Below, piece by piece: positions 41,446-51,116 of a DNA stretch of 64,000 nucleotides (positions are counted from its first letter, which is position 1; every line of letters starts with the position of its first letter). Source of the DNA: Nitrosopumilus sp. (GTDB lineage Archaea; Thermoproteota; Nitrososphaeria; Nitrososphaerales; Nitrosopumilaceae). The notes under the pieces were generated by a model. That model did no database searches. It saw only the letters and a program-made list of their open reading frames with translations, and was not told where the DNA came from. The translations under genes were made by a program, and so were the position numbers. The stretch spans positions 1,152,001-1,216,000 of the forward strand of contig OZ244650.1 of NCBI GenBank assembly GCA_965218785.1, written 5' to 3'.

Positions 41446-42143
41446 TTATCAACACCTGCCTTTCTTAACATGGACTCGAAGATCAGCGCGGATGGCCTGC
41501 TGTCAGCGGGGTTTATCTCCGATTCCACCGCCCTCTCCGGGTGGGGCATCATGCCGACAACGTTGCCATCCTCGTTACAGACGCCTGCAATCTGATTCGA
41601 GGAGCCGTTTACAGCACGATCATATCTGAATACGATCTGGTTTTTTTTACATAGTTGTTTTAGGGTGTCATCATCGGTGTAGTACCTGCCTTCCCCGTTT
41701 GCGATGGGGATTGGAATTCGGTCATGCAGTCCGAATTTATTTGTAAATGCAGTCGTGTTGTTCTCAACTATCAGGCTGGTCCATTCACACATAAAGTTAA
41801 GCGAGTTATTTTTGAGCAGGGCTCCCGGAAGCAGTCCGGATTCAACTAGGATTTGAAATCCGTTGCATACGCCAAGGACGGGCATTCCTTTTTCTGCCAT
41901 TTTTTGTATGTCTTTTATGACCGTACTGTGGGCTGCAATTGCCCCGGCCCGGAGCCTATCCCCATAAGAGAAGCCGCCTGGAAGAATTACGGCATCAATG
42001 TCTTTTGGGAGTGGCTTCTCATGCCAGCAGTACCGGGCATCAAGATTAAAGACGTCGCTCAAAACATGATACATGTCACGATCGCAGTTACTGCCTGGAA
42101 AAACTACAACTCCGACCTTCACAGAACTAGTTACATCTGGCAA
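41442..42143 (-). CDS. purQ: Phosphoribosylformylglycinamidine synthase subunit PurQ
   Basis: FPGSNCDRD, PGGFSYGD, GVCNGFQIL, MMPHPER. Confidence 0.95.
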   Translation of the reverse strand: MPDVTSSVKVGVVVFPGSNCDRDMYHVLSDVFNLDARYCWHEKPLPKDIDAVILPGGFSYGDRLRAGAIAAHSTVIKDIQKMAEKGMPVLGVCNGFQILVESGLLPGALLKNNSLNFMCEWTSLIVENNTTAFTNKFGLHDRIPIPIANGEGRYYTDDDTLKQLCKKNQIVFRYDRAVNGSSNQIAGVCNEDGNVVGMMPHPERAVESEINPADSRPSALIFESMLRKAGVDN

Positions 42144-42291
42144 TATTTAATCTGAATCGTGGCAAAGACAAGCGATCTGGCAGTAAGGATATGTCACGTG
42201 TTATCGATTTCCAGCCAGAATAATGGTAACAGGCCGTAATCGTGTGTTCCACATGTGTGAAACATGATAGGATCATATGAATCCGGTAAGA

Positions 42292-42555
42292 TTATGACTC
42301 CTCGTGGCATGAAATGGACACCCTGCTTACCATGGGGTTGTACACTCGCAGCTCATCGCAGACATTCTGCACTGCCAGCTGGGCGGTCCTGCCGTCTTTT
42401 TCCTGGATTGTGAATTTTAGCATTTTGGCAGTTCCTATCTTGGAGATTGTTTTATGCGCGCCCTTGAGAACAAGATCATTTAGGATAGTCTCGCCCTCCG
42501 GATCACTGATGCCTGGCTTGTTTTCGATAGTTACGTGCACGTTAAATGTTGGCAT
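42292..42555 (-). CDS. purS: Phosphoribosylformylglycinamidine synthase subunit PurS
   Basis: KPGISDPEGETI...NP; position upstream of purQL. Confidence 0.9.
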   Translation of the reverse strand: MPTFNVHVTIENKPGISDPEGETILNDLVLKGAHKTISKIGTAKMLKFTIQEKDGRTAQLAVQNVCDELRVYNPMVSRVSISCHEES

Positions 42556-42721
42556 TGGTAATTTGTTGGTTCGACCCGAGGTTAATTTATCTTCCGAAAA
42601 TGATATGCAGGTTATAGGTTGGTTAGATCATATTGCAGGTATCAGACTACCCTGTGAAATAATAATCTAGCAGGGTTTCTTTCACAGATAAAGATGTCTT
42701 TGGTAATTTGCGATATGATGT

Positions 42722-42958
42722 TGGCAGTTAGTGTCATCCAAATAAAACGGTTTTTGCATGTTTTACACCGGCACTCCCGCTATGATATCAGAGATTAGTT
42801 ATGCTTGTAAGTTCTGCGGTGCAGGTTTTGGTGTTTATTGACTGGTATTTCTGCCATTTTCCGTGGTGTGAATTTACTCCTTACTACGATGTAATACCGG
42901 ATTGCACAAAAAGTGTATGTGTAGTGGCCTCATTTAGATTGGTCATCCTCCACCACCA
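42722..42958 (-). mobile_element. Highly degraded, internally deleted IS3-family element
   Basis: Degenerate left end, RSKFTP...AEL..HN orfA trace, degenerate right end TGTAAAACATGCAAAAA. Confidence 0.55.
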
Positions 42959-43090
42959 AATAATTTGGTTTTTGGCTTGGTTCATATCAAGATGTTTTTT
43001 CTCGTTCATATTCAAAACGAGCTTTATCTAGCAAGATTTCTTCAGTCTTCATTTTGAGTATTTCTTTACTGTCTTAGATTGGTCATGTTC

Positions 43091-43216
43091 CTACTTTGAT
43101 TCCTTTGCAGGGCTTTCTTCATCGTCTTTGTTTTGAGTATGTTTCTTTACTGTTTCATAGATTGGTCTTGTTCCTATTTTGATTCCCTTTGCAGGACTTT
43201 CTTCATCTTCACTCAA
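43091..43216 (-). CDS. Small peptide (41 aa), paralogue A
   Basis: Hand translation from TTG: MSEDEESPAKGIKIGTRPIYETVKKHTQNKDDEESPAKESK. Confidence 0.5.
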   Translation of the reverse strand: MSEDEESPAKGIKIGTRPIYETVKKHTQNKDDEESPAKESK

Positions 43217-43497
43217 TAATTATTATTAGTAAATATGTTATTTAACCATTCTTTAGAGCGCTGTAAAGTTATCGTATGTCTAATTATCTTTAATATGACT
43301 TGATGCGAATTTTAGAATTAAAGAGTAGATACAAAATATTGGTTGAAAAAGAGAATGTTAAATGTTAAAAACGAACTTAAAGCAGATGAACCACTTGAAT
43401 CCACTATGCCAGAATCTGCCAGAGAACAGCAAAAACCAGTCATTACGTGGAGTCGATTAAAATCACAGATAAATAACAGATTTACTCACAGTTATTA

Positions 43498-43611
43498 TTG
43501 AGCGAAGATGATGAGCAACCTGCAAAAGGCATAACCATCGGCACAAAACCAGTGTTTAAAGAAGTACGACCTGCATCTAAAGACAAAAAAGATGATAATG
43601 AAGATCAGTGA
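43498..43611 (+). CDS. Small peptide (37 aa), paralogue B
   Basis: Hand translation from TTG: MSEDDEQPAKGITIGTKPVFKEVRPASKDKKDDNEDQ. Confidence 0.55.
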   Translation: MSEDDEQPAKGITIGTKPVFKEVRPASKDKKDDNEDQ

Positions 43612-43641
43612 AGAGATAATTTTAGAAAAAGTAAAGGCAGG

Positions 43642-43786
43642 TAAAACACCTGCTGAGATGGCAGGAATAACTGCAGATGATAAAAAAGTGGAAAACGATT
43701 ATTCAAAATGCCAGTCTAAACAGGGTTTCATAACTAGACTGTTATTTAGTTGATTTTGAAATTAATAGATCGATCTTTTTTTCCAA
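43642..43786 (+). repeat. 145-bp direct repeat, copy 1 (copy 2 at 44302-44446), containing a DDE transposase 3' tail
   Basis: Near-identical copies 660 bp apart; encodes KTPAEMAGI...WKTIIQNAS; contains CAGTCTA...TAGACTG hairpin. Confidence 0.9.
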
Positions 43787-44068
43787 TTTGTCAAATTTTG
43801 TATCCAATTTGTCAAATTTTGTATCCAATTTGTCAAATTTGCCTTCCAATTTGTCAAATTTGCCTTCCAAAGAGACAATATCAGTTTCAATGTTGTTTAT
43901 TTTCTCTAAAATTTTAGCATCAGTTACCTTCAAATCACCTATATTTTCCGCATTAATTTGTATATCATCTGTTACATATGTAGATATTACAAACAAGCCT
44001 AATGCAAGTATAGCTCCACCACTTATTCCACCCCATTTTAAACTAGTCAGACATAATTGTTTATTCAT
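43742..44068 (-). CDS. Membrane-anchored heptad-repeat coiled-coil protein
   Basis: N-terminal TM; KFDKLEG/KFDKLDT repeats from 21-bp tandem units. Confidence 0.7.
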   Translation of the reverse strand: MNKQLCLTSLKWGGISGGAILALGLFVISTYVTDDIQINAENIGDLKVTDAKILEKINNIETDIVSLEGKFDKLEGKFDKLDTKFDKLDTKFDKLEKKIDLLISKSTK

Positions 44069-44204
44069 ATCAAATTCTCTCTCCTAACATATTCATTATA
44101 TACCATTTAGTATATATCAATTCTATTTAATAAAATGATTTAGTTATAACAATATAATCAAATCCCGAAGATTATACAGCACCTTAAAAAAATGCAGGAT
44201 GTTC

Positions 44205-44290
44205 TGGTGGGACCTTGGTGGGGACCTCGCTAGAATGAGACCGCTTGCATACATACACTTTTTGAGCAAGTTGGGAGGTAAAACACCATG
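44205..44290 (+). mobile_element. IS3-family solo left end with duplicated IR tip
   Basis: TGGTGGGACCT TGGTGGGGACCTCGCTAGAATGAGA...GGGAGGTAAAACACCATG. Confidence 0.8.
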
Positions 44291-44401
44291 GTGTTAGAGA
44301 ATAAAACACCTGCTGAGATGGCAGGAATAACTGCAGATGATAAAAAAGTGGAAAACGATTATTCAAAATGCCAGTCTAAACAGGGTTTCATAACTAGACT
44401 G

Positions 44402-44671
44402 TTATTTAGTTGATTTTGAAATTAATAGATCAATCTTTTTTTCCAAATCGTCCAATTTAGAACAATTTTGTAAAACATTACCCTTGATCTCTATAACATC
44501 ACTTTTCAAAGTACCAACATCACTTTTCAAAGTACCAACATCACTTTTCAAAGTACCAATATCATCACACATCTTTTTTATGGCTTTGTGATTATTTTGC
44601 ATTTCAATATCTAATGAATCAAACTTTGTGTTCAATGTATCAAAATTTCTCTGGATAATTTCATCATTCAT
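44402..44671 (-). CDS. Heptad-repeat coiled-coil protein
   Basis: GTLKSDV repeats from 21-bp units; same C-terminus LEKKIDLLISKSTK as 43742-44068. Confidence 0.7.
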   Translation of the reverse strand: MNDEIIQRNFDTLNTKFDSLDIEMQNNHKAIKKMCDDIGTLKSDVGTLKSDVGTLKSDVIEIKGNVLQNCSKLDDLEKKIDLLISKSTK

Positions 44672-45180
44672 ATCAAATTTTCACTCCTAAATACATATTA
44701 TAAATCAGGATATGTATATTATTTAAATATTAATCATATCAGAATAACCACGATGCCTAAGTAGTTATGGTATTTTCTGTTCTAATACAATCACAGGTGA
44801 TATTAAATAGGATTTTCAAACCATCCATACTGCCGTCCATACAGTTATCCCAGATTCCATATTATCTAATCTGGAATCCATACGATCTAATCTGGAATTT
44901 ACACTTGAATTTTTCATTCATTAAATCTGCTAATTCTTGAATTTCCCCAATATTAGCCACTTTAGGATTGGATATATACGCTAGATGTTATTAGTCCAGA
45001 TATTTAATCAGATCCCAGTAACTTTGGTACCACGATGAAGATTAGTAAAGAAACAACTTTAAAAAAAAAGTAAATACCGGATATTCTCACCGGCAACTAG
45101 ACTGAATTAAACCACAAATTCCTAATTTGTTCCAGACCGGCAGACATTGGAATTTATATCAGAATATTCCACCACTACAC

Positions 45181-45648
45181 ATGGTAAAAGGCAGATCAAG
45201 GTACTGGAAGATCAACTCAGACGAGATGGACGATTTTGCATACGATCAAAGCAAGTTGTTAAACTGGGAGATCAAATGTATCAGGGAACCAGAAGAGGAG
45301 GCGCACTTTATCGGGGTATTCATGTATAGAAACGGGACCGCATATGACTATGAATCAGTAAAGGGGATATGTTACTTTCACAACAACATTGAAAGAGGCG
45401 AACTCTCATCAGTTACCAGTTTTCTAAAGGAGAGATTCGGCGGCAAGGAGATGGAAAAAGGTGAGAGGATATTCCTCAAGGATTCAAAAGAGATCTATGC
45501 CAGCAGGGACATCCAGGATCTGGCAAAAGAGATGGAGAAAAAATTCAACACAAAGGCAGTCATCTCCCTGGAATTTGAGGACCTTACTGCAGAGCAGCTC
45601 AAGGAGGCAGGACTGCCAGAGTCAAAACTACTACCAATTCCCACATAA
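45181..45648 (+). CDS. Conserved hypothetical protein
   Basis: Core-like codon usage; ATG at 45181; upstream of tatC. Confidence 0.75.
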   Translation: MVKGRSRYWKINSDEMDDFAYDQSKLLNWEIKCIREPEEEAHFIGVFMYRNGTAYDYESVKGICYFHNNIERGELSSVTSFLKERFGGKEMEKGERIFLKDSKEIYASRDIQDLAKEMEKKFNTKAVISLEFEDLTAEQLKEAGLPESKLLPIPT

Positions 45649-45677
45649 TTGATATAGCTAAAACACAAAGAGACGTC

Positions 45678-46469
45678 ATGTCAGAACTCGATGGAATCAA
45701 CAGGCATCTTGAGGAACTAAGAAAGAGCCTGCTTCGAATCGTGCTAGTCATCGGCATTATCACCGTAGTGATTCTGACGTTTCACATCGAACCAATCGAG
45801 GTGGGAGAGACCACGTTATACTACATAACACCAGAACCGCTAGACAACATCGCAGCGCAGATTACCAGCTACATGAAGGATATCCTCGTCCCCCCCGGCG
45901 TCCAGCTGATTCAGACGGCACCAGGACAGGCATTCTTTTCACAGGTATACATTGCAGCACTAGTCGGAATCGTAGCCGGGATGCCAGTCATCATCAGGGA
46001 GCTAGTCGGGTTTATCAGGCCGGCGCTAAAGGAAAACGAGATCAACATCAGCAGGAGCATCACACTGCCCGCACTGGGGCTGTTTGCTGCAGGCTGCATC
46101 TTTTCATATAACTTTGTGATTCCATACATCCTGGAATTCCTATACAAGTACGGCGAGTCTGCCGGACTGGTAACATTTCTTAATATAATGGATTTTGTCA
46201 CGTTTGTCCTGCAGTTTCTGCTGGCATTCGGGCTTTCATTCCAGCTTCCGCTGATTATGTATGCGGTATCAGAATCCGGCATGACATCTCCGGACTTTTG
46301 GCGGAAAAACATACGGTACGCAGTCGTGATTATTGTGATCTTCGGGGCAGTCATCACCCCGGATGGAAGCGGCGTTACAATGTGGTTTATTGCAGGCCCG
46401 ATGATCGTACTATACGCGGCAGGCATGGCAGTAATCGAGCGCAGGGAACGTAAAAAGTCGAACACTTAA
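45678..46469 (+). CDS. tatC: Twin-arginine translocase subunit TatC
   Basis: HLEELRK, FIRPALKENE, FGLSFQLP, GAVITPD. Confidence 0.95.
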   Translation: MSELDGINRHLEELRKSLLRIVLVIGIITVVILTFHIEPIEVGETTLYYITPEPLDNIAAQITSYMKDILVPPGVQLIQTAPGQAFFSQVYIAALVGIVAGMPVIIRELVGFIRPALKENEINISRSITLPALGLFAAGCIFSYNFVIPYILEFLYKYGESAGLVTFLNIMDFVTFVLQFLLAFGLSFQLPLIMYAVSESGMTSPDFWRKNIRYAVVIIVIFGAVITPDGSGVTMWFIAGPMIVLYAAGMAVIERRERKKSNT

Positions 46470-46493
46470 ATCCAAATTTGATCAAACAGATGC

Positions 46494-46700
46494 ATGTTTG
46501 GAGCGGGCCTGGCCAATTTTATCGCGGGGCAGGAATGGATCTTTGTCATAGTTATCGCAGTAGTCCTGATCTTCGGCGCAAAAAAGATCCCAGAGCTTGC
46601 AAAGACGTTTGGCAAGGCAAAAGGCGAGTTTGAGAAGGGAAAGATCGAGGGCGAAAAAGAGCTAAAGGACCTCAAGGATAAAGAGACGAAAACTGACTAG
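46494..46700 (+). CDS. tatA: Twin-arginine translocase subunit TatA
   Basis: LIFGAKKIPELAKTFGKAKGEFEKG. Confidence 0.95.
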   Translation: MFGAGLANFIAGQEWIFVIVIAVVLIFGAKKIPELAKTFGKAKGEFEKGKIEGEKELKDLKDKETKTD

Positions 46701-47158
46701 TCACGTCTGGTGGCAGCAGCGGCATCTAGCAGATCATCAAGGATGGCCTCATATCCCAGTTTAAAGTTATTTCTGCCAAACAGGAAATTCGACATCATCA
46801 TCATCATCATACCCCCGAGTTTCAAATCCACATCTACTACCACCCTGGTGGTGCCGTCTTTTGGAACATCAAAAAACCGCTGCCGGATATAGCTTCCCCT
46901 TGCATCCCCGCCGATGACAAAAACCTCGTGCATGACGGGCCTGTCAAGAACGTGCTTGGCCATGATCACCAGTTCCCGCCCCCCAAGATTCATGTGCTCC
47001 TCCACTACTGCAACGTTTCCGCGCACCGAGCGCACACGGACTGACGGGAAGTGTCTTGGAACCAGTCTCTGATAGTTTTCATAGCCGGATAATGTTTCAT
47101 ATACGGTCTCCCTGTCTGTCTCTATAATTTTTTCAATGGAGAATCCTGATGCGGCCAT
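46697..47158 (-). CDS. SRPBCC/polyketide cyclase-like protein
   Basis: VYETLSGYENY...FPSVRV; coupled to ubiX by TAATG overlap. Confidence 0.75.
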   Translation of the reverse strand: MAASGFSIEKIIETDRETVYETLSGYENYQRLVPRHFPSVRVRSVRGNVAVVEEHMNLGGRELVIMAKHVLDRPVMHEVFVIGGDARGSYIRQRFFDVPKDGTTRVVVDVDLKLGGMMMMMMSNFLFGRNNFKLGYEAILDDLLDAAAATRRD

Positions 47159-47718
47159 TAAATGGCGCTGCCCCATCGCGGGTATAAATCGTGATCTATA
47201 TCAAACTGGTCCAGGCATTTTCCCACGCCGTGATTAATGATGTCGTTAATTGATTTGGGTTTTGTATAAAATTCCGTAACAGGGGGGAGTATCACTATTC
47301 CAAGCCGGGATAGCTTTAGCATGTTTTCTAGATGGATTGCAGAAAGCGGCGTCTCCCGGGTCATCAGGACCAGTCTTCGTGATTCCTTGATTGTAACTCC
47401 TGCGGCACGTGCAATCAAGGTCTCGTCATACCCGTTTGCAATTGCAGATAGCGTCTTCATGCTGCAGGGGGCAACTATCATCCCGTCGATGCGGTGCGTG
47501 CCACTGGATATGGCAGATGCCATATTTTTTTCATCAGATATTCCAGTTGCAAGCGAGCGTACATAGTCTGACGAGTATTCAGTCTCCATGGAGATGCACT
47601 TTTCGGCCCATTCTGAGATTATCAGATGTGTTTGAATGTCAATTTTTTTGAGGAACTCCAGCATCCGGATGCCATAGATTACCCCGGTGCTGCCAGTAAT
47701 GCCAATGATTAGCTTCAA
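47158..47718 (-). CDS. ubiX: Flavin prenyltransferase UbiX
   Basis: IGITGSTG, APCSMKTLSAIANG, RETPL. Confidence 0.95.
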   Translation of the reverse strand: MKLIIGITGSTGVIYGIRMLEFLKKIDIQTHLIISEWAEKCISMETEYSSDYVRSLATGISDEKNMASAISSGTHRIDGMIVAPCSMKTLSAIANGYDETLIARAAGVTIKESRRLVLMTRETPLSAIHLENMLKLSRLGIVILPPVTEFYTKPKSINDIINHGVGKCLDQFDIDHDLYPRWGSAI

Positions 47719-47790
47719 CAGTTAGTCTTGGAACATACGGTATTTTATCTGTTAGATTGGGTAGTCACAGGGCAGTCTCTGTCTTGCCGT

Positions 47791-48012
47791 TTAGGTCTCG
47801 TCATATTGGGTCTCATCGTTCCGGGTCTCATCATTTTGGGTAGTAACAGCAGCAACAGCAGCAACAGCAGCAGCCGCATCTATCTCCCTCTGCCTCTTCC
47901 TCATCCTCCTCCTTTTAAGCCACATCGAGATCCCGCCTGCTGCCATCGCAGTCAGTAGAATCACCCCTGCCATCTGCAGTTCAAAATTATAAAGCACACC
48001 ACACATCATCAA
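47791..48012 (-). CDS. Small membrane protein with low-complexity tail
   Basis: TM segment, basic patch, AAV and xxDET repeats. Confidence 0.4.
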   Translation of the reverse strand: MMMCGVLYNFELQMAGVILLTAMAAGGISMWLKRRRMRKRQREIDAAAAVAAVAAVTTQNDETRNDETQYDET

Positions 48013-48091
48013 CAGTCAAAAAAAAATCTTGCGGTTTTTACCGATCTCCGGATTAAATTAGCTATATTAGATCCCACCACACAGGCATACC

Positions 48092-49183
48092 ATGATCAAG
48101 GGCTCTGAGATCAGAAAGATGGTAAACAGCTACACAGACGTAAGAATCGGGGTCCTTGGCAGCCACTCGGCGCTGGAGATAATGGATGGTGCAAAAGACG
48201 AGGGCTTTCAAACCACGGTATTTTGTCAAAAGGGAAGAGAAACCCCGTATCAGCGATTCAAAAGGATCGCAGATGAGATCATAGTACTAGACAAATTCAA
48301 GGACATGGCCCTGGCCAGAACTCAAAAACAGATGCGAGAATCAAACACAATCATAGTTCCGCACAGATCACTTACAGTATATCTCGGATACGACACCATA
48401 GAGAACTCGTTTAACGTGCCCATCTTTGGAAACAGAAAGTTGTTTCAGGCAGAGGAGAGGACTGCAAAAAAAGGACAGTACCACCTCCTGCAAAAGGCCA
48501 GGATAAAATATCCCAGGTTATTTACGGATCCGAAAAGAATCGACAGGCCGTGCATCGTAAAGGTTCAGGAAAAAAACCGGCCTTTGGAGAGGGCGTTTTT
48601 TACGGTTTCATCCTACAGGGACTATAAGGAAAAATCAGATGCGAGAATCAAACAGGGCCTCATCGCAAGAAAGGATCTGCAACAGGCAAGCATAGAGGAG
48701 CTGGCAGTTGGAACGTACATGAATTTTAACTTTTTTCACACCCCGATTTCAGAGCAGGTGGATTTTATCGGAATCGAGAGGAGGCTGCAGACAAACATCC
48801 ACGATTACAACGCGCTGCCTGCAAGGGAACAGATGGAGATGGATATTGATCTGCAAAACATCGAGGTCGGCCACACCCCTGCAAGCATCAGGGAGTCGCT
48901 GCTTGAGAAGGTAATCAGGATGGGTGACAAGTTTGTAGCGGCAGTCAAAAAAGAGTACGCCCCTGGAATCATCGGCCCGTTCTCACTGCAAAGCGTGATT
49001 ACCAAGGATCTGGAACTCGTAGTATATGACGTGTCCCTGCGCGTTCCAGGAAACCCGATAGTGGCAACTACCAGCCCATACACAAAATACCAGTATGGCA
49101 AGACATTTGGCGTGGGAAGAAGAATAGCAATGGAGATAAAGCGGGCCCAGGAGGAGGACAGGCTAGACGAGATAGTGACGTAA
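48092..49183 (+). CDS. purP: Formate--phosphoribosylaminoimidazolecarboxamide ligase (PurP family)
   Basis: GSHSALEI, RESLLEKV, IIGPFSLQ, DVSLRVPG, GRRIAMEI. Confidence 0.93.
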   Translation: MIKGSEIRKMVNSYTDVRIGVLGSHSALEIMDGAKDEGFQTTVFCQKGRETPYQRFKRIADEIIVLDKFKDMALARTQKQMRESNTIIVPHRSLTVYLGYDTIENSFNVPIFGNRKLFQAEERTAKKGQYHLLQKARIKYPRLFTDPKRIDRPCIVKVQEKNRPLERAFFTVSSYRDYKEKSDARIKQGLIARKDLQQASIEELAVGTYMNFNFFHTPISEQVDFIGIERRLQTNIHDYNALPAREQMEMDIDLQNIEVGHTPASIRESLLEKVIRMGDKFVAAVKKEYAPGIIGPFSLQSVITKDLELVVYDVSLRVPGNPIVATTSPYTKYQYGKTFGVGRRIAMEIKRAQEEDRLDEIVT

Positions 49184-49372
49184 TGATATAAAAAAAATAC
49201 AAAGACATATTTCCGGCAGGAGTCAAGCGTATCTGTTAATTGGCTAGATTGGGAAATATTCAATACCCAACGTCTGGTCTCAAATAATTAATCGGTTTGA
49301 TCTTTGGGGCAAGACTGCTGGATGCCAATTAACAATACAAACTCTTTTTTGTCCGGTTAAAACACGGTACAC

Positions 49373-49636
49373 ATGGGCAGAACAGTCTTTCTCAAAGAGA
49401 TAATCACCATATCAAAAGAGCCAAAACTCTGTCCCACGTGCAAAAAAGACGACAGGCTTGAAAAGGACGTCATACAGGAGGGCAGGTCCAACGGGAGGAC
49501 GGTTCTCTGCTCCAGGTGCGAGGCGCTAACTGTAGTTACAAGCCAGAATCTAAAAACCGTGGAGCTATCCTCAAAAAATGATGGCGTGCACATCATGCTA
49601 AAGGAGCCCTACCTGATCAGAAAAGTGACGTACTAG
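49373..49636 (+). CDS. Zn-ribbon hypothetical protein
   Basis: CPTC ... CSRC. Confidence 0.7.
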   Translation: MGRTVFLKEIITISKEPKLCPTCKKDDRLEKDVIQEGRSNGRTVLCSRCEALTVVTSQNLKTVELSSKNDGVHIMLKEPYLIRKVTY

Positions 49637-49887
49637 TAGTCCTCACCGGTCTTTTCCAGTAATTTTTTGATGATATAGCCGCGGACACTTGCAATCTCCC
49701 AGTCCCTCAGATTTGCATTTTTACACTCCTCCCTGATTATCAGACCTGCCAGGCCGTCACTCCAGATGTGGCGTCTGGGATCATATACTGCGATTATTTT
49801 TCCGTGCTTTTTGATCCTGATTCCCCCGTGGCACCGCTCAATCACCCGAAGTGCTGTTTTCTGATAGATTTTTTCAAAGTCGGCCAT
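49633..49887 (-). CDS. Conserved hypothetical protein
   Basis: Core-like codon usage, convergent overlap with neighbour. Confidence 0.65.
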   Translation of the reverse strand: MADFEKIYQKTALRVIERCHGGIRIKKHGKIIAVYDPRRHIWSDGLAGLIIREECKNANLRDWEIASVRGYIIKKLLEKTGEDY

Positions 49888-50468
49888 ACTACTGTGAGTT
49901 GTCTGTTCATCTCAAAAAGGTTATGATTTGAACTAGTTCCCATCAGTAAGTTATCGGGATCTGAAATGGGGCATTCTGATGGATGGTTCGATAACCAGAT
50001 AAAACAAAAACGATTTTCTAGCCATCTCATGTTGGTGATGCCTTTTTACAGATGAAAGAAAATACGTCTGGAATATTTTTAATAATATCAGGACCAGATC
50101 GTCATATTATGATTTAATAGAATAGAACTCTGTAATTGCAAGACAGACAAGATCACATATAACCCATCTAGATAAATTGTGGGAAAAGGTTAGCAGTGTT
50201 CTAATTTGGTGGCTCCCGCCATTAATTGAGATAATTTTAGGGATTGATGAAAAATTTGAATTAATTATCTTGTCTCACTTATATACTGATTTAGTATATA
50301 TTATCATTATGGGAACAGATTCTATGTCTCAAGATAAAAAACGAAATCCATTGGTTAATACCTCATATTTGAGTCAATTTATTAACGACGAAGTCAATTC
50401 CAGCACTAAAACAAAAAATGAACTTCCTCTTTCGAATAAAATAATAAACAGATAATACACAAGATCGC

Positions 50469-51116
50469 ATGTATGAAATTTTAGGTGCGATTGCAAGTCA
50501 TAATGGAGTTGTAATTGTTTCTAATGATAAAGATGACGATGTGCAGGATACTGTTGTTTTTAAAATAAATCAAAATTCTGTTGCTGCTGTTGTTAGAGGT
50601 AAAGTGAAAGTGAAGGAATTTTTAGATAAATACATTATTCCTAAAACTCCCAAAACTACTCAAGATACTATTACTTTAATCCAAAAGGAAATTCAAATAC
50701 ATTCTGCAGAATATGCTAAATCTAACATTTCATTTTTTATAGCAGGTTATGAAAATAATAAAGGAGGGTATTTTGCAATTTGGTTTGAGAATGAAAAATT
50801 ATACTCGCGTGTGATTCCAAAATTTTCTCATTTTATATATTTTATGGAGGATTTAACAACATACATCATCTCAAAAGTTTTCTCCGAACAAATGAGTATA
50901 GATGAATTGAAAAATCTGATGGGGTTTGTAACCTTACAATGTATCAAAGTTTTTGGTTTGAATTCTTCTGTTAATATCACTACAATAAGTAAGGATGGGA
51001 TAAAGGAAATGTCTAAAGGTGAAGTCAAAGATCTGCTATCTACTCAAGATAAAATAGATCATAAATTAAAGAAAATTTTTAGTGATTTCTTTGTTAATGG
51101 AGCTTCTGATAAATGA
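50469..51116 (+). CDS. Degenerate proteasome-fold (Ntn hydrolase-like) protein, probably non-catalytic
   Basis: GAIASHNGVVIVS, FFIAGYE, MSIDELK, VNITTISKDGIK align with the downstream gene; no N-terminal Thr. Confidence 0.6.
   Translation: MYEILGAIASHNGVVIVSNDKDDDVQDTVVFKINQNSVAAVVRGKVKVKEFLDKYIIPKTPKTTQDTITLIQKEIQIHSAEYAKSNISFFIAGYENNKGGYFAIWFENEKLYSRVIPKFSHFIYFMEDLTTYIISKVFSEQMSIDELKNLMGFVTLQCIKVFGLNSSVNITTISKDGIKEMSKGEVKDLLSTQDKIDHKLKKIFSDFFVNGASDK

Noticed and set aside
36259-41629. Many long + strand ORFs opposite purC/purF/purL/purQ
   Set aside because: Antisense shadows of GC-richer core genes with no recognisable motifs
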